Shown here: in pieces, positions 58,340 to 64,000 of the stretch | How positions within the stretch are numbered: the stretch's first letter is position 1 | Layout: each line of letters begins with the position of its first letter | NCBI GenBank assembly: GCA_016185545.1 | Contig: JACPNJ010000005.1 | Location: 79,013 to 143,012, forward strand | Reading direction: 5' to 3' | Origin: Candidatus Yanofskybacteria bacterium | GTDB taxonomy: Bacteria > Patescibacteriota > Minisyncoccia > 2-02-FULL-40-12 > IGHO2-01-FULL-4-A | Length of the DNA stretch: 64,000 bases | Translations under genes and position numbers: made by a program | The notes under the pieces: model-generated | What the model was told of the DNA's origin: nothing | Database searches by the model: none | Seen by the model: the letters and a program-made list of their open reading frames with translations, nothing else

Positions 58340-59026
58340 TCATTTGACGTTAATTTTTACGATAATATCTCCTTGTTTAATCTTCAATACCACATCCATA
58401 CCCTTAATCACCTTGCCGAAAACCGTGTGTTTGCCGTAGAGATGCTGTTGCGGTTTGGTTGTAACAATGAAAAACTGGCTGCCGTTGGTGTTGGGTCCGG
58501 CATTGGCCATGGCAATATAACCCGGGTCAACAGGCAAGGATTGCAAGGTATCATTATATATATAGCCCTGTTCTTCGTATTGAGCAATTAATTCATCAGG
58601 GGCGCCAAGAGATTTTAAATTAATCTCATCTTCAAAAGGATAACCCAGGCCAGTTGGTCCGCCAGTACCGACTTTCGGGTCATCCGTTCTAGACAGCGGG
58701 TCACCGCCCTGTATCATAAAGTCATCAATAACCCTATGAAATTTGGTTCCATTGTAAAATCCTGACTTTGCCAATTTCACAAAATTAGTCACGGTCTTGG
58801 GAGCAACTTTAGGATAAAGCTCTAGCTCAATATTGCCGCGGGTAGTTACCATTGTAGCCTTAACTGTCTCCGGTAATGACTCAACGGTCGGGCTCGCTTG
58901 AACTGTTGGCGTAGGCGATGGTTCCTGGCTTGCACTCGGATTGACATTGCCCCGCTTTTTTAAAGCAAAATAACCGCCAAGGGCAACTATAATGGCAACA
59001 AAAACTAGAAGAAAGACTTTATTCAT
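58340..59026 (-). CDS. Cyclophilin-type peptidyl-prolyl isomerase
   Basis: [32 protein letters not shown]. Confidence 0.96.
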   Translation of the reverse strand: MNKVFLLVFVAIIVALGGYFALKKRGNVNPSASQEPSPTPTVQASPTVESLPETVKATMVTTRGNIELELYPKVAPKTVTNFVKLAKSGFYNGTKFHRVIDDFMIQGGDPLSRTDDPKVGTGGPTGLGYPFEDEINLKSLGAPDELIAQYEEQGYIYNDTLQSLPVDPGYIAMANAGPNTNGSQFFIVTTKPQQHLYGKHTVFGKVIKGMDVVLKIKQGDIIVKINVK

Positions 59027-59147
59027 AAATTTAATCTAGCAGATTATTAAATTCTTGTGAAGCGAAGCCGAGTCAGACTCGGCGAAGCGGAATCCGCCAA
59101 AGCACAAACAAAAAAAGTCAACCTTATTTAAAAAGTTAGCCTTTATG

Positions 59148-59672
59148 CTAGTCTGATTCTTCGCCACACATTTCAGCGACGGCGGACAAAATTTCCTCGG
59201 GTATCGGAATCTTTTTACCAACCGGACTGACCCCGGGATACCGCCATGCGGATATTATCCGCATTTTTGGTTGCTGGTGGTTGGTTTCTAGTTTCTGGTA
59301 ATTTTTAAATTTTGCATTGCCATTTAAATTGATTCGCATGCGCTTTTCGTTAAGCGTATCCGCATCGTTTTGATTTTTGCCTGCCCCGCCGTTGGCGTAC
59401 GGCCTGGGTAATTTTGCTTGCCCCGTAGGGTCGCGAAGCGACTCCTTCGGGGAATTTTGAATTTCTTGAAACATCACCCATATCTCCTGTTTCTTGCTTG
59501 ATGTCGGCTGCATAACGGCTATAGTTTTGGGCGCAACTCCGTCTTCTCTCCTTTTGGGAAACCTGACGATCCTTTTTATCAAACTCTCTGATATCCCATA
59601 ATAAAGCATCTTGTCTTTGACATGATTAGTCCATTGGTATTTATCATTATCTTTCGGGAGGTTAAATCGCAT
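59148..59672 (-). CDS. Conserved hypothetical protein carrying repeat-derived inserts
   Basis: WTNH...KM..Y, P.R.E.G, EIWVM, IISAWRYPG. Confidence 0.8.
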   Translation of the reverse strand: MRFNLPKDNDKYQWTNHVKDKMLYYGISESLIKRIVRFPKRREDGVAPKTIAVMQPTSSKKQEIWVMFQEIQNSPKESLRDPTGQAKLPRPYANGGAGKNQNDADTLNEKRMRINLNGNAKFKNYQKLETNHQQPKMRIISAWRYPGVSPVGKKIPIPEEILSAVAEMCGEESD

Positions 59673-59696
59673 AGAGCTTTCACGCCTATTACATTA

Positions 59697-60251
59697 TTAA
59701 TCGTCAGAATAAATTATTTTTCCGGCTTCAAAGATGTGGAATGCGCCGGTTTCTTCGGAAACCGTGTACACAGTTGTATTTTGAAAAATATACGATGAGA
59801 CAATGGCAAAGAGATGCCTGGAGTGGACTTTTTGTCGGAATCCAAATTGTTCGGATAAGTCTTTGAAACGGCCAGGATTGATTTTATCGGCAACCGTGCG
59901 CGGCCTTAAGCCTTCAAGGATTATGCCGGAATGCGCGAACTTGCCAGTCGCATCTATTAAGATCGCGCCATCAAAACCAACTGTGGATTCGACTTCACGA
60001 TACCATTCAGCGTGGTTTTCAATATCATTGATATTTATGCGGTATGCGACAAAAATATCCTGCGTGGCATCGGAAATGTCTGTATATTCTTGCCACTTAT
60101 CTTGCCAGCCAAGTATTATAAAAAGACCAAAATTTTTCTGATGGGCCATTAAATTCAAAACTAGCTCAGCTGTTTTCATTTTCAAGGAAATCGGCAAGAC
60201 AATTTCCGATTTCTTGAAAATCTCGATTAATTCAAAAATCTTTTTTTCCAT
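59697..60251 (-). CDS. Stand-alone DisA_N/DAC-domain protein
   Basis: FDGAILI, SRH, VSEETG. Confidence 0.75.
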   Translation of the reverse strand: MEKKIFELIEIFKKSEIVLPISLKMKTAELVLNLMAHQKNFGLFIILGWQDKWQEYTDISDATQDIFVAYRININDIENHAEWYREVESTVGFDGAILIDATGKFAHSGIILEGLRPRTVADKINPGRFKDLSEQFGFRQKVHSRHLFAIVSSYIFQNTTVYTVSEETGAFHIFEAGKIIYSDD

Positions 60252-60699
60252 TATTTATTTTTTTAGAACGGTCGGAAACTAACCAGGAGCTTGATTGTAT
60301 CTTGCCACCACGGCCAATGTTGAAAATTATTTTGCAGCCAAGTTTGTTACAAACAGCAGCTTCTGGAATATCATTTGCGGTTCTATCTCCCCCATTGGCA
60401 AAAATGTGGGGTCGGATTTTTTTAAGTTCGGCGCATACGCTCATATCCGCCGGCTCCGCCGGATGACTGGTCAAAATTACCTGATCAACTCCCCTTATTG
60501 TTTCCAGTATTTCCTTGCGTTCTTTTTCAGACATAAACACATAACCCTTTTTCTTTCTGAGCCAGTTATCGTTATTCAAAATAACAACCAATTTGTCGCC
60601 AAGTTTCCGGGCTTCCTGAAAAAGCCGGACATGGCCGACATGAATTGGGTCCCACCCGCCACTTACCGCTACTATTATTTTTTTCTTTTTATTTCCCAT
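60232..60699 (-). CDS. Cytidylyltransferase-family nucleotidyltransferase
   Basis: GGWDPIHVGH (HxGH), ANGGDR, SSS. Confidence 0.92.
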   Translation of the reverse strand: MGNKKKKIIVAVSGGWDPIHVGHVRLFQEARKLGDKLVVILNNDNWLRKKKGYVFMSEKERKEILETIRGVDQVILTSHPAEPADMSVCAELKKIRPHIFANGGDRTANDIPEAAVCNKLGCKIIFNIGRGGKIQSSSWLVSDRSKKINNGKKDF

Positions 60700-60898
60700 G
60701 ACACTTTTTATCCTCCTTCGCTACCTCCTTCGCCAAGGCTTCGGAAGGTCAAAGAAAGCTACGGAAGGATTGCGAGATGTCACTTCCCGTGACACTTCTA
60801 CTTTTTCAATAACCAGCCGCAAGAGTTTTTCTTTATTTTGAGCTGTTTTTAAAACCGCGTACCCACTGAAATAGCCATAAAATAGAAAATGTCATGCG
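60689..60898. repeat. Tandem secA-end-like junction elements (type B then type A)
   Basis: Minus strand reads KKCHGK-stop at 60689-60709 and KCHGK-stop at 60780-60797; inverted agaaaatgtcatg at 60884-60896. Confidence 0.9.
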
Positions 60899-60973
60899 GG
60901 CTGCCTATTGATTCTTTTCTGTTATTTTGCCATTATACTACCAGGTCGTTAAATCTTTACAGGAGGCGAAACA

Positions 60974-61450
60974 ATGCGACATTCGACTTACCAGCAATTG
61001 ACTGATTTGCAGCGCAAGGCGCTCGATTCAGCGGAAGAAGCTCTCCAAAATTCGTACAATCCGTATTCCAACTTCTTTGTCGGCGCAGCTCTTTTTGCTG
61101 AAGATGGCACGCTTGTCTCTGGAACGAATTTCGAAAATGCGGCGTACGGTTCAACAATCTGTGCGGAACGGTCGGCAACTTTTCGGGCCAATGCTATGGG
61201 TTTACGGCGTTTTTCTGGCATTGCAATCATCGCCCGTGGTTCTAATTTTGACACGACAGAAGTTACTGGACCCTGCGGTAGTTGCCGCCAAGTGCTCTAC
61301 GAGCTCGCTCAGTTATCTGGCACCGAATTCGAAGTCGTTCTTTCAACAACCAAGAAGGACAAACTTATCATCGCTTCCATCAAAGAACTTTTGCCGCTTG
61401 GTTTCGGTCCGCTGGACCTCGGAATTGATATCGCAAAATATCAGAAGTAG
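60974..61450 (+). CDS. cdd: Cytidine deaminase
   Basis: PYS.F.VGAA, NFENAAY, CAE, PCG.CRQ; CAGGAGG SD. Confidence 0.95.
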   Translation: MRHSTYQQLTDLQRKALDSAEEALQNSYNPYSNFFVGAALFAEDGTLVSGTNFENAAYGSTICAERSATFRANAMGLRRFSGIAIIARGSNFDTTEVTGPCGSCRQVLYELAQLSGTEFEVVLSTTKKDKLIIASIKELLPLGFGPLDLGIDIAKYQK

Positions 61451-61460
61451 CCTTCTTCTC

Positions 61461-61486
61461 GGAGTCACAAAGTGGCTCCTTTTTTT
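61461..61486 (+). terminator. cdd terminator
   Basis: ggagtcac-aaa-gtggctcc followed by a T-run. Confidence 0.75.
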
Positions 61487-61492
61487 ATCATT

Positions 61493-64000
61493 TTATCTCC
61501 CATGACATCTTTTATATTTTTTACCTGACCCACAAAAACATGGGGCATTCCTTCCTATTCTCGCATGGTCGAGAATGTTTGATGGCCGACTTGATTCTTG
61601 CTCCATTTGTTTTGAGACAGCTGACCGACTAACTGCCAAATCCTCACGTTTTTCTTCAATTGCAACAGTTTTTGGCTGTTGGACAAATCCAACCTTAAAA
61701 ATTAAACCCGCCACTTGCGCTCCAATGGCCTCCTGCAGTTGAGTGAACATTTTTTGGCCTTCTATTTTATATTCAACTAACGGATCGCGCTGGCCGTAAG
61801 CACGCAGGCGCACCGAGTCGCGAAGATACTCCATCTGTTCAAGATGATCAACCCACAGCTCGTCTATCACGCGTAGTAAAACCATTTTCTCAATATGTCT
61901 CATTGATTCCACGCCTGTTTGCTGTTCACGCTGAATATAAACTTCATCAATCAAACCATGCAGAAATTCGGATAATTTGCCTGGCCCATTCGATGAGTTC
62001 AGGTCAAGCTCTTGTGGTTTTGCGATTTCGTTTAATTTAGCGTGCAAATCGCCAACCATCGGCATCAGAGTTTTAACACTCTCGGCTATTTCTTCGGTAT
62101 TATATCCCCCCGTTTCGCTTAAAGCGTGGAATTGCATAATTTTATCAATATGTTCGTGAATATAATTATTTATTTTGTCCTTGACGCCTTCTCCCCCCAG
62201 TATTTCCTTGCGCAAACTGTAAATCGCGGTTCTGTGGCGATTCATTACATCGTCATATTCTAGGACGTATTTTCGGATATCAAAGTTGTTGCCTTCAATT
62301 TTGGATTGGGCTTGCTCTATGGCGCGGGAAACGAAACGGTTTTCAATAACATCGTCTTCGCTTACGCCAAGCCGATCCATCAAGTTTTTAAGACGATCGC
62401 CGCCGAATATGCGTACCAGCTCATCTTCGGTGGATACAAAAAACTGCGAAGAGCCCGTGTCGCCCTGCCGGCCGGAACGTCCACGCAATTGATTATCTAT
62501 GCGCCTTGCTTCGTGCCTCTCCGTCCCAATCACATGTAAACCTCCTAATTCCTTTACTCTTTTATTTTCTTCCTCCCAATTTTTATATTCTTCATTTAAA
62601 AGTTTATCTTCTTCAATTTTAAATTTTGCCTGCCCCGTAGGGTCGCGAAGCGACTCCTTCGGGGAATTTTGAATTTTGAATTTGCTAGGCGCATGCCCGC
62701 CGAGCATGATATCAACACCCCTGCCGGCCATATTGGTTGCCACCGTAACAGCGCCGAGCCGACCGGCTTGAGCAATAATTTCACCCTCTTGTTCGTGGTT
62801 TTTGGCATTTAAAACTTTGTGCGGTATACCTTCACGGTTGAGATGCACCGATAAAAGTTCATTTTTAATAATCGCCGCCGTACCAACAAGTACCGGTTGA
62901 CCTTTAAGATGCCGCCCCTTGATTTCGGCAACAATTGCTCTGAATTTACCCGCTTCTGTTTTATATATACGATCGGGTAAATCAGCACGTATCATTTGTT
63001 TGTTGGTGGGAATAGTAACGACATCCAGTTTGTAAACCTTGTGAAACTCTTCAGCTGATGTCTGCGCCGTGCCGGTCATACCGGTAAGTTTTTTATACAA
63101 GCGAAAATAATTTTGGAAAGTAATCGTGGCATAAGTTCGGGATTCTTTCTGGACATATACCCCCTCTTTGGCTTCAATCGCTTGATGCAATCCCTCCGAC
63201 CATCGCCGCCCCGGCATTAAACGGCCGGTAAATTCATCTACTATGATTACTTCACCGTCTTTTACAACGTAATCCTTGTCGCGGTGGAAAAGAATTTGCG
63301 CTTTCAACGCCTGTTCAAGATGGTGAACATAACGAGTACCGCCTTCCTCGTAGATGTTTTTGAGATTCAGCACGCTTTCAACTTTTTCAATGCCTTTTTC
63401 GGTAATTGACACGGCTTTCAATTTTTCATCAACATTATAGTCTTCGTTTTCGTGGAGACGTGGAACAATTTTGGCAAAAGTTTCGTAAAGCTTAGTTGAA
63501 TCAGAATCCGGTGCAGAAATAATTAGCGGGGTTCTGGCTTCATCTATTAAAATGGAGTCAATTTCGTCAACAATGGCATAATTATGCCCTCGGGTCTGCG
63601 CAACTTGCCCCAATTCATATGCCATGTTGTCCCGTAAATAATCAAAACCGAATTCGTTATTGGTCCCATAAGTAATGTCGGCTTCGTATGCTTCTCGCCT
63701 AGTAACCGGACGCAGAAATTCATGAACAACCCTGAATGCCCCTGTTTCATCGCGTATTTCGTCTAATTTTCGTGATTTATCATTTTCTTTTTCACTTTTG
63801 AATTTGAAATTATCATTTTGAATTTTGAATTTTGAATTTTGAATTTCGCTATGCAGTGGATCATAAACGTAACTCATTTCATGGTTCAAACATCCGACAT
63901 TCATTCCGAGAAGATGGTATATCTGCCCCATCCATGCCGCATCGCGCCTTGAGAGATAATCGTTCACGGTAACTATGTGGACCCCATTAGAAGTAGCCGC
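61493..64000 (-). CDS. secA: Preprotein translocase SecA (5' part lies outside the window)
   Basis: NDYL, FDYLRDNM, VDEIDS, ATNMAGRG.DI, RIDNQLRGRSGRQGD, C-terminal SEC-C motif CFCGSGKKYKRCHG. Confidence 0.98.
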   Translation of the reverse strand, partial: AATSNGVHIVTVNDYLSRRDAAWMGQIYHLLGMNVGCLNHEMSYVYDPLHSEIQNSKFKIQNDNFKFKSEKENDKSRKLDEIRDETGAFRVVHEFLRPVTRREAYEADITYGTNNEFGFDYLRDNMAYELGQVAQTRGHNYAIVDEIDSILIDEARTPLIISAPDSDSTKLYETFAKIVPRLHENEDYNVDEKLKAVSITEKGIEKVESVLNLKNIYEEGGTRYVHHLEQALKAQILFHRDKDYVVKDGEVIIVDEFTGRLMPGRRWSEGLHQAIEAKEGVYVQKESRTYATITFQNYFRLYKKLTGMTGTAQTSAEEFHKVYKLDVVTIPTNKQMIRADLPDRIYKTEAGKFRAIVAEIKGRHLKGQPVLVGTAAIIKNELLSVHLNREGIPHKVLNAKNHEQEGEIIAQAGRLGAVTVATNMAGRGVDIMLGGHAPSKFKIQNSPKESLRDPTGQAKFKIEEDKLLNEEYKNWEEENKRVKELGGLHVIGTERHEARRIDNQLRGRSGRQGDTGSSQFFVSTEDELVRIFGGDRLKNLMDRLGVSEDDVIENRFVSRAIEQAQSKIEGNNFDIRKYVLEYDDVMNRHRTAIYSLRKEILGGEGVKDKINNYIHEHIDKIMQFHALSETGGYNTEEIAESVKTLMPMVGDLHAKLNEIAKPQELDLNSSNGPGKLSEFLHGLIDEVYIQREQQTGVESMRHIEKMVLLRVIDELWVDHLEQMEYLRDSVRLRAYGQRDPLVEYKIEGQKMFTQLQEAIGAQVAGLIFKVGFVQQPKTVAIEEKREDLAVSRSAVSKQMEQESSRPSNILDHARIGRNAPCFCGSGKKYKRCHGR

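Noticed and set aside
553-63750. Numerous antisense and alternate-frame ORFs in the track (e.g. 1499-1930, 24427-24684, 57522-58106, 60295-60792)
   Set aside because: They are shadows of well-supported genes, with no motifs or expression signals.
1-64000. Alternative genetic code (TGA=Gly, code 25)
   Set aside because: Conserved genes are full length under code 11 and several end at TGA (mreB, mreC, secF, secD).

Overview
Chromosomal window from a small-genome bacterium, most likely Patescibacteria/CPR (Parcubacteria-like). This is inferred from the gene set: short ProS, PolX, FemX+MurE, a VirB4/HerA-like ATPase with its typical partner, a sigma4-HTH protein, a TM0106 nuclease, and apparently leaderless starts. 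Genetic code 11. A minus-strand housekeeping backbone (serS, lysS, greA, mrdA/mreBCD, proS, rseP, frr, holB, murG, polX, lon, murE, ruvA, secDF, secA) is interrupted by self-contained accessory genes with their own promoter, strong SD and terminator, including a PrkA-YeaH-SpoVR operon, a flotillin and cdd. There is one tRNA-Lys, and no integrase, transposase or CRISPR is recognisable. The non-coding layer is the most unusual part. (1) Two integron-like arrays have junction sites that are synonymous-codon variants of the last codons of secA (..K-[KR]-C-H-G-x-stop); one array starts at the real secA 3' end. (2) A ~470-nt GC-rich, hairpin-dense putative ncRNA lies between proS and mreB. (3) Several palindrome families are inserted in-frame into essential proteins. 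(4) Heptamer tandem arrays are pervasive. (5) A TIR-bounded repeat family precedes two unrelated cargo genes that share an identical 34-nt leader. (6) A recoded duplicate of the uvrB 5' end sits just upstream of uvrB. All calls come from reading the sequence by eye; no database searches or folding programs were run.
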